A DNA stretch of 64,000 nucleotides, taken from positions 1,862,566 through 1,926,565 of the forward strand of contig MU004233.1 in the NCBI GenBank assembly GCA_010405405.1, read 5' to 3'. Below the pieces are notes generated by a model that saw only the letters and a list, made by a program, of their open reading frames with translations, was not told where the DNA came from and made no database searches. Of this stretch, positions 25,604 to 38,029 are shown in pieces. A program made the translations under genes and the position numbers. Source of the stretch: Microthyrium microscopicum (taxonomy: Eukaryota). Numbering within the stretch: position 1 is the stretch's first letter; each line of letters opens with the position of its first letter.

Positions 25604-28197
25604 ATGGAGTTATCCCTGACAGCAGAACCAAGATTGGGACAGGAGCAAGCCGACTCAACGACCGACCGGTGGAACGGCATCCTGCCACTAAAGAACGATT
25701 ATGAAGAAATCTTTGAAAGTAATATGCCATTTGACGGCCCTACACGGCAACAGATTCACGAATTGGAAGAACATATCAAATCCGTATATGGACCTGACGC
25801 CCAAGTACAAATCAATGTTATGCCCAAACCGACTACCCCTATGTCATATCAGGCTTCTCACACAGATACAACTAGAGTTGATATAGCATCCACCGAGGAA
25901 AGGCTTCCAACGAACCATAGGCCCACCAACAGGCGACGAAAATTACGCCCGAAGAAAGCTTGCAGACGCTGTCGTGAGAGAAAGACGAAATGCTCCGGAG
26001 ATGAGCCAAGCTGCAACAAGTGCCTGGAAACTCAGTCAACTTGCCATTATCCCGAGCTACCTACAGTGAAGACCACTGATGATGCGGCAAAAGTCGTTCT
26101 TCAGCGGTGGGTTGATGATCATTCAATTGCGGCGTACCCATCGAAGAAAGAAAAAGAAAGTCTAGCTACGGAGACCGGTCTTTCGATTGATCAAGTCTCA
26201 ACATTCTTCCGGAATGCTAGAAGTCGATGGAGTCCACCAGTGGAAGATTGGCTATTGAATCCAGTCGAAGCCGCAGCCCCTGAAGCCATTAATGATGCTT
26301 TGAACTCTACACCTCTGGGTATGAAAATTCTGCTCTCGCTCTTCTAAAGCTAATCTTGTTAGATCTAGATTATACTCACCCTGCAAGTGGAGCAATAAGT
26401 CCACAAGTCAGTCGACCAAACAGTGTCTGTTCAGCCTTGTCCCAATGCTCCGATGCAGTGCTGAGTGGTACACCACGCCGGGGAAGACGCAAGTTCGCAA
26501 CTGTTTGCTCCTATCCAACTCCAAAGCCAAGTCAAAGCCCGGCACGGCAGTCGTTGTCTGTAACACCTCAAATCTCCACAGAGCCCAGCCATTCATGGGC
26601 CGATTCTCCTTCTCTTTCACCCCATGTCAGTTTGGCAGCTCATCCTGTTGCGCTTTCTTTGTCAGCAAGTTATAAATGCGATTATCCAGGCTGCACAGCA
26701 CCACCTTTCAGCATGACTGAAAAGTTGAAGTAAGTTTTATTTTGGGTTTCAAATTATGACTTCCAAACTTTGCTGCGGAATCTAATATTGCTTCACAGAT
26801 TGCACAAGTCCAGGCGACACGGAATATTCCCCAGCTACCCATTTTATTGCCCTGAACCAGGTTGCCGCAGCAACAAAACAGGCTGGGCAATAGGCTTCAG
26901 ATGTAAGAGAAAAATGATCAAGCACGCTGGTGATTTCCACTGCGCCCCAGGTAATTTTCAGTGTCCGGTTTGCCTAGAGCGATTTGGACGATCAAAAGCT
27001 CTCCGATCTCACATCAGGCGGGCCCACGAGGGAAAAGCGCCAAGCGGAGCGATCATAACCAAAGCTTACGAAGACGGAATGGCTAAGGACTATATCGCGA
27101 GAGGCGTTAGTGATCCCAAACTAGCTTGGTCGTCTAATGTGTTTCCACTGCAAAATTTTGATGATCTTGAGTTACAATCAAACAACAGTCATCACATTAG
27201 CGAGTCTAAAGAACCATATCAGTTTCCAGCGACGATTGATTGGTCGTTGGATACCAACGCTGTAGGTCTGCCAGGACCGATGAGCTTGACGGAAAGCTCA
27301 GTCGGTATTCAAGCCTCCTTCGATTTCAATTTCGAACCTCTAATTGCGCTGGAGGAAGATAGCTTCAGTTTCGCGAAGCTGGACTACCCGCGTAACAACC
27401 CCTTTGGTTTCGATGTAAACCCTGCATTTACATGGGCTGCTACAACAAACACCAGAAATGAAATTGCCTCTGCTACAACGAAAGAGACCGTTACAGCCAC
27501 TGTCCATAGCTGTCAAACGGATCTAGATCACGAGAAAGGTGATTCTGGACAGACCGCACAAGCTGTTGATGAAGCATGTGTCGACCTTGGACCTATCATG
27601 TATAAGAGATCTCGTGAGCCATCGCCTGTTATCTCCAATAACAACAAAAGGAAAAAAGCGTCCCACTTCCAATGTACGTTTTGTTTAAAGATGATCGGCT
27701 CGAAGTCTTGGAAACGACATGAAGAAACCGTGCATCTACCTCGCTACCAGTGGATATGCCAGCCTAATGGTCCTCAAGTTACAACTGACAATAGCGACGT
27801 TACTGATTGCGCATTTTGCAACTTTAGAACATCCACCGGCGACACTCATTCGCCACATTGCCATAGAGCCGCAGAATGTACTTTCAAACCAGTGATCGAT
27901 CGAAGCTTCCAGCGAAAGGACCATCTTCGACAACATTGCAAAAAATTCCATCAAGGCGCCGTACCAGATAACGACATATTGGAGTCCTGGAAAACTGAAG
28001 CAGATTACAGTCATCACAATTGGTACTGTGGCTTCTGTGGTGAGAACCTCGACGGCTGGGACGCAAGGGCTCGTCATATTGGACAACATTTCCGAGCTGG
28101 CTTGACTATGGAGGATTGGGATCTAAAGAAATATCTCGCAACCGAGGATGAGATTTCGTTCCAACAGTTTCTAGACGGTTTGAGTTGCACATTCTAG
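25604..28197 (+). CDS. Transcription factor with Zn(II)2Cys6 cluster, TALE/KN-type homeodomain and multiple C2H2 zinc fingers; 3 exons
   Basis: ACRRCRERKTKCSGDEPSCNKCLETQSTCHY, then LQRWVDDHSIAAYPSKKEKESLATETGLSIDQVSTFFRNARSR, then C2H2 fingers (FQCPVCLERFGRSKALRSHIRRAH, FQCTFC...WKRHEETVH, RKDHLRQH, WYCGFC...RARHIGQHF). Introns 26319-26362 and 26730-26798 keep the frame. Confidence 0.85.
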
Positions 28198-28746
28198 ACG
28201 ATATCTCAAAGGGAATTGAATGGTTATTCCATGAGACTGCGAGAGATACATGCAAAAATCAAATATTCATGATAGCATGACTGTATGATAAATGATGAAT
28301 GAATGATTTTACCAATCTCAAATAATAGAGGTCAATTCTGAAGACTCAAACTAGAAGGATTTCGTTCTGAAGAGCAACATTGAATAATGAATAAAAGGAC
28401 ATAGCCTGATGGGAATCAGGTAGGATGTTATTGGTTGCCTGTTCCGTTGACCCATATTTATATCCAGTGGACCAGGATCAACCTGGCAACCAGAGGGAGC
28501 TTATCCGACCAGTATCCGCTCGGGCCGTTTCTAGCTCCAAGTGCAAGGCAGAGCTGTTCTTACACCTCAACTTCATCATCACCTTCCTTATCCGGCATCA
28601 ACCTCTACTCCCTCTTCCATCAAACGAGGAGCACTTTCTTCGACCCCTCAAAAAAACTGCCACGCGTCTAATTCTTCCCTGAATTCAAACTTCATCTTTA
28701 CTTCATCAACTTGCAACTCAAAAGTCAATACTCAACCGCTGTCATC

Positions 28747-29449
28747 ATGGGTACACGCGCAGGGTCGTTCGCGACCTTTCTCATAATCGGACGTAAGTTA
28801 CCAATCCACCCCTATTTTCTCCATCCATCCATCTAACAAAACCCTCCCAGCAACATGTTTCTTCCTTGGCATCCTCTTTATCATGCTCCCCTATGACTAC
28901 TATGTCCTCTGGTCCACACCTCCCGGCTCCGACCGCACACCCTACTTCACCCTGCAAGAAAACCACCTAAAAATCCTACACCGCTCACCCCCTCTCATCG
29001 CGCGCATCTTGCACCTCGTCATCGGCACCGGTCTCCTCGGCTTCATCACCAAGCTCTACCGGCCCTCCGAAGCCAACATGCTATTTGACGGCGCCTCCCT
29101 CGTGCTCTACATGTGCGGAGTAGTCGTTTATATCGTCAATATCGTCAAAGGCATGCGTGCCGCGACTAACAGCTGGTACGGACCTGGCGAGCCGGCTGTA
29201 GACGGTATGGGCGTTGAGGATGAGTTGTTGACGCGCGAAGATAGCTTGAGAGTGATGGCTGCGAGCAATACAATTTTGGCGCTGGTGTTGGTGGGCGTGT
29301 TGGTGTTGCAGGCCGGTCAGTGGTATGCGCAGCGGCAGGAGGAGCAGGAGATTGCGGATATGAAGAAGAAGCGCGTTGAGGATAAGGAACATAATAAGGA
29401 GAGCGTGGGACGAAAGAGTAGTGGACATAGCAAGAAAAAGGCGCAGTAA
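28747..29449 (+). CDS. SHR3: ER membrane packaging chaperone for amino-acid permeases; 2 exons
   Basis: SFATFLIIGP|TCFFLGILF..PYDY, IGTGLLGFITKLYRPSEANMLFDGASLVLY, ASNTILALVLVGVLVLQAGQWYA. Intron 28793-28850. Confidence 0.93.
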
Positions 29450-29898
29450 GGGAGATTGCGAATGGGCTGTTGGGCTTGGGTATGTAATGTATAGGTCATG
29501 GTTTATGCCTTGATGATATTGAGGATATAGGTATCTTAATGCAGACTTTGCTCCTGGGCCCTTTTTACAACCAGAAGTGAGTCTCAACTAGCTTACTTTA
29601 CGTGTTGATATCATGCTTTGGCTTGATCTGGCAGATTATGGCTATAAGTTGGCATTCCTAGATTACTGTTCGATTGTGCAAAAGGAAGATAGTGCATGGC
29701 ATTCAATATCACTAATTTCATTATAGCTCTTCATACTGGCAATACTTCAAAAGGGATTTGGGATCATCATACGAATAAAAGCCTCGCAAATTCAACACAG
29801 GCCTTGCCCATTATTGCCCGCTTTGCCAGTACCCCTTAACGTCTTTGATTCTCGTCATACTTGCCAACCCCATGGCTACAATTGCAGCATCCACGGTT

Positions 29899-30143
29899 TT
29901 ATCGGCATCCTACAGAAGAAAGATCAGCAGTTGACACGAATAACTCGTGTGTAGAGATATATCAAGAAAAAACCAACCTCCGTGGCAAGCACAGCAGAAA
30001 ACATTGCATTTGCCTCTAGCACCGCATCCGAAACCCGAACCGCCTGGACAACAGTATCCTTCAATCGATTCTTTTGGAGCAGCTGTTACTTGGGAGGAAA
30101 GGCTCAGCAAAAGCACGAGTAGAGTTGTAATTTGCAAGTTCAT
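29899..30143 (-). CDS. Small secreted 8-Cys protein (58 aa), Diedel-like C-terminal motif; candidate effector
   Basis: Intron 29910-29977 gives a 177-nt CDS: MNLQITTLLVLLLSLSSQVTA-APKESIEGYCCPGGSGFGCGARGKCNVFCCACHGGCR*. Confidence 0.8.
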
Positions 30144-30847
30144 GATCAGAAGCCTGGTATAGTTGTGGACTGAAGTTGTGCAGTATTTCTAATCTATGCA
30201 GGAAGCAAATATGATCATGGGTGAGACGAGTCTTATATGCTGCCTTGCTCTTTCTGTGTCATCGTGTGACAAACTACAGGGCGATATGGTCGTAGATACT
30301 GGTTCCTATCCGATTGTACTTAGATCGATGGCAAGTAAGAAAGCAAACAATTCCCCAGAATTGGTATCACCATAAGCGCGTAGCGCTGACTTATCTGTGT
30401 CATATGCTTTGAAGTGCTAAGGTTGAACTCATCACCCTTCAAGTTATCGTGCCATGTAGATTGGTGTCTGGCGTGGTTCCACCATGTTTCCCGAGGTATG
30501 GTGGCAATGCCTGAGAGCAAGTCAACGATGAAATGTTTTGAGACTTTATGGAGCCACGGCATGAAGAGATGAATTGCCCGCTCACATCAACGCTGATGGA
30601 TGCCACCACCTCTTATCATGAAGAGCTAAGCACGACTTAACATAGCCGCCGTGAATGATCTTTGATATTATTCTGTCATCCAGATGTACGACCTTTGAGA
30701 ATGATACCAGTTATATAGAGCTGATCACTGAGCTAGATATCTTCGAGTAAGTATCTAGTCTTAATTTGTATTGCTTTATTCGCTGGAGGGTATGGTGCTC
30801 TTATTTACATTTAGTCATTTCCCAATCGTGTCCGATAAGAAATAGTC

Positions 30848-31400
30848 TTATATTATGGACAAGCTTTCAACGCGATAACGACCTTCGGATATCTCATGTT
30901 CTAGCTCACCAGACATAACACCAGCGACGTAGCATTCCCCAAGAATTCTGAGGTCACCCATTTCGTTAGCTTCCTCGACGACAAACGGGATACGTCCAGA
31001 CTGAAAGATAGCGACAGAATCGTTCTTCCTTAATCCTCTCGGGCCCAACCCAAGGTAATCGGTATCTGTGATGAAAAGGGTTCGTCCTTGACAAGCGAAT
31101 CGTGCAGCATATGGAAAAGCTAGCCGCATGTCTTCGAATGTCTTCGAATTCACGCCTTTGAAGTCCGGGATTGGGCGAAGTGTCTTAAGTTCTTTTTCAA
31201 GTTTACAGATTGAGTTCCAATACATTGAAAACTCCTCAGTATGCCTCTGTGTGCCCTTTGCGCCATGATAATTAGGATGAAGGAGACCAGCGGTCACAAC
31301 TTTTCCTTAAGTATTCAATTTCTGTGCGTTCGATAGCTCTATAATCCTTCAATACGCTCCATGGGGATTAAAACCAGGTATGTTGAGCAAGTCTCATGGC
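30848..31400 (-). pseudogene. Truncated or degenerate HET-6-like gene (C-terminal fragment only)
   Basis: GRTLFITDTDYLGLGP...DSVAIFQSGRIPFVV...ILGECYVAGVMSGE is the usual C-terminus of HET-6-like proteins. No in-frame ATG precedes it and no HET domain is visible upstream. Confidence 0.65.
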
Positions 31401-32206
31401 AGACATCGTACTCGATGGGAGCACTTGTCAAAACAGCTCAGTTGAAATCAACCATAAAGTTCTGCTGTTAGGGCCTTATCCCACTAAAAGCACATACTCG
31501 TCCCACAAGGCTGTGGACAAGGCTGAGCAAGCCAGGGCATCGGACTACCGGTATTTTGGCCCATGTCCTACCCTACATAAACATTTCTCATATTCACTAT
31601 ACATGAATAATACGGGCTCACATTTGCGACCATGTAACTCAAGTTCGAGCCTAATCGCTTTTGACAGGATGTTTAACTTCTTACAACTATCTCAAATTAG
31701 CTTGCTGACATGCAGGTACAGAACTATATGCCTGCTCTTATTCAGGTACATAACCAAGCATATACTGAGCGAACTGTACATCTTCACAGTGACTGTACCT
31801 TGGGCAGGGCATTGGAAATAATTCGAGGTCTATAGTTCGTACATTTGATATATACTAGATGTTGTTATGCTCATGCACTACGCGCTTATGCTCTTGCTAG
31901 GCCACTGTTTGTTACACCAACGTATATGGGAGGCAAGAACCGATATATAATATTCCGCAGCCAGGAGTGATTATAGTTGTCGAGGTGAGTTTGGGCAACA
32001 GTGACTTCCAATCCTAGCTTTATGCATTTATCCACCTCACTCCCTTAGTCCCTAGCTTTACAGCAACTTGCTCCAAATAAGTTTCCTTGCGGGCTTCGTT
32101 CTTTGATTTAAGAACCTAACCTTTACTTCAATATATAATTCAGCAACGAATCCACTCTGCGATATACATCACAACAATAAACCAAGTACACGTATCCCAA
32201 AAAATA

Positions 32207-33924
32207 ATGCGACCACAACAGTCGACCTTTCAGTGCGCAATTGCGTTATGCGCAAGTGTAGTGCTGGCACAACAAGGCGATCCAACTCTAAATCCCAACG
32301 GACAGTACATTCGAATACCATCATCTCCTCTTCCAGGTTCTAGTCTACCTGTTCAGCCTGCCTTTGTCAGCTATTCGATAGAATGGGCCAACTTTCCAGA
32401 CTACGCTGGAAACAAATCAACTCCCAATTTATTTTCAGAAACCTTGCTTAACAACATAGCAGCTCAACAAGGCGTGAAGCCAGTCATCCGGGTTGGCGGC
32501 GAGACTCAGTAAGCCAGAAATTCTGAATTAGAGATCGCACTGTTCTAACGTTATACAGAGATTACGCACTGCTCGATGGCTACTTGAAAACGGCCTTGAA
32601 CAACAGTATGTCAATACCAACCTCCGCGGATGGCACTCTCGAGTATGGAGGCGTATTTTTCGAATCATACGCCACCTTTACCAACACCAAGTACATCCAC
32701 GGCTTCAACCTAGCCAAATCCAATGATGGATTTCGTCGGAATCTCGAGGCCGGATCCATATTAGCATGCAACGGTCTCAAGAACGGACGTCTTCTATACT
32801 GGGAACTGGGCAACGAGCCAGATATGTACAAGAAGACTCAAGTCGCCACTGGGCCAAACCAAGGCCATCTTCGTCCTACTTCATATTCAGAGAATACTTA
32901 TGCCACCGAATGGTCCAACATCACTGCAGATCTACGTTCTCAAATTGAAATAACTTGCCCCGAAATGATAACAGACCAAGCCTTCCAATTCACTGCTCCA
33001 AGTTTCGCTGGAACTTCAAATGGTATGGATCCATGGACAGCATGGACTGATCTCCAAAAAGCCACTCCCGTAGCCAAACAATTCTCTTCACATTTGTAAG
33101 TCCCTATACCTCCCTTGCTGCAATCCACATCTAACAGCACCAGCTACGCGGCAACCCCAGACTCCCCAAACCTCAAATCCTTCCTATCAAACCACACCTT
33201 CACAACAACGTCCCTGGCTCCTCAAATCGCTCTCGCCCGCAAAGCAGCCGCCTCACACACCCCCTTCGCCTTGACAGAGACCAATTTCCTGGCGCGCCAA
33301 GGACAAACCAACTTATCCGACACATTCGCGGCTGCGCTATGGACGCTGGATGCGAGTCTCTATGCTGCCGCGAACAATATTTCGAGGGTACATACGCACA
33401 TGGGCACCGACTTCCCAGCAAGTAGTTGGCAACCGATCAACACAAAAGTTGCACGTGTAGGTGCGAGACCAGCTTACTATGCTAATGTGGCGGCTGCTGC
33501 TATGGTTGGCAAAGGAAATGATACAACGGTTGTGCATTTGGCGACTGGGAATGAGCGACTGGCTGCGTATGCGGCGTATGAGGCTGGGCTGTTGAAGCGG
33601 GTTATGCTGCTGAATATGGCTCCTCATGCGAGCAGTGCGAATACGCGAACAAATGCGACGGTATTCTTCGCTGGTCCATTGCAGTGCCAGGGACCGGCGG
33701 CGCTGAGCCGGTTGCAGGCGAAGGGGAGTGATGCGTTGGCAGATGTTAGTTGGAACGGATATGCTTTTGACGGCGGTAGGTATGGTGGGCAGGCGAGACG
33801 GGTGGTGGATGTTCCGAGTAATGAGCAGGTGCGGGTTGGCCAGTTTGGGAGCTTTGGAATTGATGTGCCGGATTCGGAGGCTGTGTTGGTGAGTTTGTCG
33901 TGTAAGCCTGCGCCGCCGCAATGA
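32207..33924 (+). CDS. Secreted glycoside hydrolase family 79 (beta-glucuronidase-like); 3 exons
   Basis: Signal peptide, FVSYSIEW, IRVGGETQ|D, WELGNEPD (acid/base Glu), FALTETN (nucleophile Glu), FAAALWTLD. Introns near 32509-32558 and 33095-33143. Confidence 0.9.
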
Positions 33925-34113
33925 GGAGTTGCTCCACTTGGGCTGTGGATGGTGTACATTGAAATCTTGATGGTTGTTCTTCTGCGAGGAGTTTTGGGTC
34001 AGGACCGACATACTCCATAGTCTCTGGATTCTGTGAGCTGTAAAGAGGTTGCGTTATATTCCTCTATTGCTTCAATTGTCGTCTTTTGCGCCAGTCGTGA
34101 TAGTGCTAGCATT

Positions 34114-36122
34114 CTAGACAATTATAATATCTTGCTCTGTGACGTGTGGCATCTTCCCATCCTCCCAATCCCTTACAAATTCTCCATCCATGATGCCATG
34201 AACGTATGCCTCTCCGATGAGATGATATTCATTGGAAGAGTCGCCACATTTTCGGATAATGAAAGGAACCTCTCCGCCAAAAATTATGGCAACTCTGTCG
34301 TCAGGCTGTATGTTCCAAGGTCCCATTCCTATGTGGCCTCGAGCTGTTCTAAATAGTCGTCTGTTCCTCGCCCACCCAAAAACCATACGGCGGAAACTAA
34401 GAGGATCGTGTTGCTGTGTTTCAGAAAGGTCATCAGAAACACTGGTTTCTCCATCATTAGGAATTTGAACTCGCCCCTGAGTGCTCTCAGCCAAGAATCT
34501 AGTAAATTCCATCCATCGCGTTTTCTCATTTCCGCGAGAGTCGAGTCCACAAGATAAAGTCATCGCATATGCGACAAGACACGCTTTACGGGAGGTGTAC
34601 TGCTCGGTTTGACGCAGTAGTGACTCCCATTGCCCTGTACAGGTATCTGGATCCGTTCCGGTCTTGATCGTGGGATCGAGGTTGAGATGTTTGTTTCCAA
34701 TAAGGCTTTCAAACGTGACAACTTGGTCGATGACGATTCCCTGCAAACGAAGTTTTCCTTGACGTAGCACTTCCATTCCTGACTCGCTTGTAGTTGAATA
34801 ACCACGACGGTTTGAGGTATTGTAAACCCCATGGTCCCCAATGATCCTTCTCGTGACTCCCGAGTCAAATTGAGGGACCCAAGTTGGTATAACCAGCTCC
34901 TTAGCAGAATGAGAGACGTAGCTCAATATCCCTAGGCTTTTAGTTTCGCGTATGTACGTTTCCGCAAAACCTCTAAAGACCTCTGCTGCTGAACGTGAGT
35001 AGTCTGGCTCTAGTCCAGGGAGTTGAGATGTAAGTTTGGAGTCCATCATGGCAAATACTCGATCTCTTGGATCGGTAGCAAAGAACGCTGACGCCTGATA
35101 TATCTTGGAAGGCATTTCCTTGAGAGCAGTAAACTTGAAAACTGGAATAGTCATGCGAATACCATGATGGAAAAAGGTGCCGTCGTTGATCCAAATTAAC
35201 TTGCCAATGTCTTGACTTGAGGAGATCCACACTCCACAAAGAGCAATCAGCCGAGAATCCTGAAAACTCGACCCCCAAATTGTGTCTACAACTGTGCTAC
35301 TATTCAGTTCTTGTATGACCCAGAGTCTAGAAAACCAGGAACAAGTAAAGAGCTTTTTGAGTGCTTCCCATTCCTGTGGAGAACAAGCTACGTGCAATCT
35401 AGTCTCTTCTGTGTACTCCAGTACGAATTTGGCCGGGTCAAAGATAGATTTCAGATTTAGTTTTGTGTATTCCGAGTTCTGTAAAAGCTGTGTTCCGAGT
35501 CGTTCAATAGCGCCAAAGGCGGTTGCAGCAGAGCCCTTTTTGTCTGGACCTAGCCAGACGAGTGTTCCAGCAGCATTTTCATATATTCGTTTCATATTTT
35601 TCACCTGGTGCGATCTCTCATTGTTATGCAGTTGATTGATGCTGTTCATCCGTCAGCAACAGAGTCAATGTCTGAGACCCGCAAGTTACGATCGATGGAC
35701 AGGTTCTGGTCATCTGTTTCTAGCTTGCCTAGGATCCTGATCGAGAAAAGCAATACTAACCAAACAGCATCTGCCCAAAGATATCTAGATTTGTCTGGAA
35801 GTCGAAAGTGCCACAACGCCTCGTACAGACTTTTCGTTATTATCAGCTTTCGCCCTTCGCAGATACACTTTGTGACATTGCTGGGATCACCCCAAGCGTA
35901 AGATATGGCTTCATATTTCGGTGGTGAATACCAATTCGCAAAGTGGAGGCGGATTTTTATGGATTCTCTCTTCTTTCCAGGAAGTAGTTCCATGATGCGA
36001 AAGGATAAGGCATCAGGAAGGTCTTCGTACTGATAATGTTGCTTCGGCCGTGTAATACTGAAGAATTTCTGCAAAGAGAGTGACAGGCCTCTGTCTCGTG
36101 AGTTTTGGGTCAGGTTCTCCAT
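34114..36122 (-). CDS. HET-domain (heterokaryon incompatibility HET-6-like) protein; 2 exons
   Basis: YEAISYAWGD, LWADAVC|INQ...ERSHQVKNMKRIY, VWLG, WFSRLWVIQE, ATDPRDRVFA, PTWVP, LIGEAYVHGIMDGE. Intron 35642-35760. Confidence 0.92.
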
Positions 36123-36726
36123 GCTTTCGATTCAGATTTTGAGTTTTGAATGATCAGGCTACGGAAGAGAAGGAAACCGAAAGTAGGTTGAATAGTGGGA
36201 AGTTGTAGCGTTGAGCTGCGAGCGGCCTCCAAAAACTGCCCCACGCATAAATTGAGGCGCAGTGCATCTTGGAGGGATGACATGTCCTAGATTCAAATGC
36301 CGTATCGAATTCGTTGGAAGTTAGAGTATGCATCTTTTCAATATAGGGTGCGATGGTTGACAACGTGGTTGATGGGAGCCGGCCCCTTCTTTTCTCCAGT
36401 GGAAGGTCTCATAAAAATGAAAGAAAATTACTGATCCTCGATTTGATGTAACTAAGACGACATCTCAAAATCTTCAGTTAATTCGTAAATCTAGCCTTGC
36501 ATAAGTGGATGCGGGATCATCAAATCACGTTCGTGATGTTGGACAAGGGATTGGACCAAAACATCTCTGGTCCCCGCCTCAATGTTGTCTCGATGCAACC
36601 TCTTCCTTCTAGCAGCCTTTCTGAAGGTTTTCGCTGAAATAATGTATGATGGATGTGCTCATAAATCAGCTTCATTCCCTCGACCGGGAAATGGGAATCT
36701 GTCTAACCACTGCATCCATCATCACC

Positions 36727-37902
36727 ATGGGCATCTGTAAACTGCTTTCAGCAAGCTTGTACATAGCTTCCGCGTTTGCGTCGACTTCATATATCATCAA
36801 ATACTCCACGGTACCTGGATATTTCTTGCAGGACTTGAACACCACAAATGCAACAACCTTTGACTACGTAAGCATCTTCTGCTACTAGTCAGACAATGTT
36901 AACATTCCATAGACCACCGTGAACTTTGGACTCATCAACAGAACCTACACAGATGGACAAACAGTAGATAAATACGGAACACCATTGACCCAATGGCAAA
37001 AGTTTGAAGCAGAAGTCATTCGCCTCCAACTCGCTGCAGGCGCCGGATCCAAGCACACCGACTACAAAGTCGTCTTCTTTGGCCGTCACGGCGAAGGCTA
37101 TCACAATGCCGCTGAGACATTCTACGGAACACCAGCCTGGAACTGCTACTGGGCCGAACTCAACGGCAACTCAACGACCAGCTGGGACGACGCCAAACTG
37201 ACTGCTAATGGCGTAAAGCAGGCACAAGTAGCCAACGCCTTCTGGGCCTCGCGCATTGCACTGCAAAAGATTCGCACACCAGACACCTACTTTACGAGCC
37301 CTCTCTCTCGGTGCTTGGCGACTGCAAACATCACCTTTTCCGGTCTCAGTCTGCCTAAGAAGAGCAAGTTCGTTCCGTTGATCAAGGAGTATCTACGCGA
37401 GGGTATCAGCATCCACACCTGTGATCGTCGAAGTAACAAGACATATATTGCAAAAACGTATCCAGGCTGGAAAATCGAGCCAAACTTCAGTGAATACGAC
37501 CAGATATGGAATGGCGTTACATCAGAGACCAACGATGCTGAAGATTTGCGGTCCAAGGTCGCTCTGGATGATATTTTCTCTTCGAAGAGTGGGCTATTTG
37601 TCTCTGTGACCAGCCATTCGGGAGAAATCGGATCCCTTCTTCGGGTACTGGGACATCAAGCTTTCAGCTTAAACACCGGCGCGATAATTCCAGTCCTTGT
37701 GAAGGCAGAAAAGCTTCCTGGCACACCCACCACAGGTTCGGCAACGTGGACGCAGAGCCCGCATTGTACGGCTCCTCCGTTGAGCAGTATCTCGAATGGA
37801 GCTTGTGTGTGTCCATCCAGTGCTGCGCCGGTAACGAGTCTGTTGGTCACGGAGAGTCCATCTGTGACACCAACTGTTACTTTCAGGCCAACTGGGGTAT
37901 GA
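36727..37902 (+). CDS. Secreted histidine phosphatase / phosphoglycerate-mutase family protein (PMU1-like); 2 exons
   Basis: Signal peptide, GYFLQD, KVVFFGRHGEGYHN, SPLSRCLAT, HTCDRRS, VTSHSG, Ser/Thr/Pro-rich tail. Intron 36868-36912. Confidence 0.88.
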
Positions 37903-38029
37903 ATGATGATGGATATCGCAAACCAAAAACACATGTACCTAATGATAATGTTCAGATCTTGGTAGGAATGAAAGATACCCAAACAGGCATTTGATTTCCT
38001 ATGATACAGACCGCATTACAAGGACAAGT

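Noticed and set aside
33337..34011. 224-aa antisense ORF (similarly 22421-23017, 38841-39416, 49125-49706, 56339-57001)
   Set aside because: Shadow ORFs opposite well-supported genes, explained by codon bias; no motifs.
35642..35760. Longer-than-average HET intron containing GATGA and CTGA
   Set aside because: The CTGA is the branch-point sequence, box C is imperfect and no guide complementarity was recognised.
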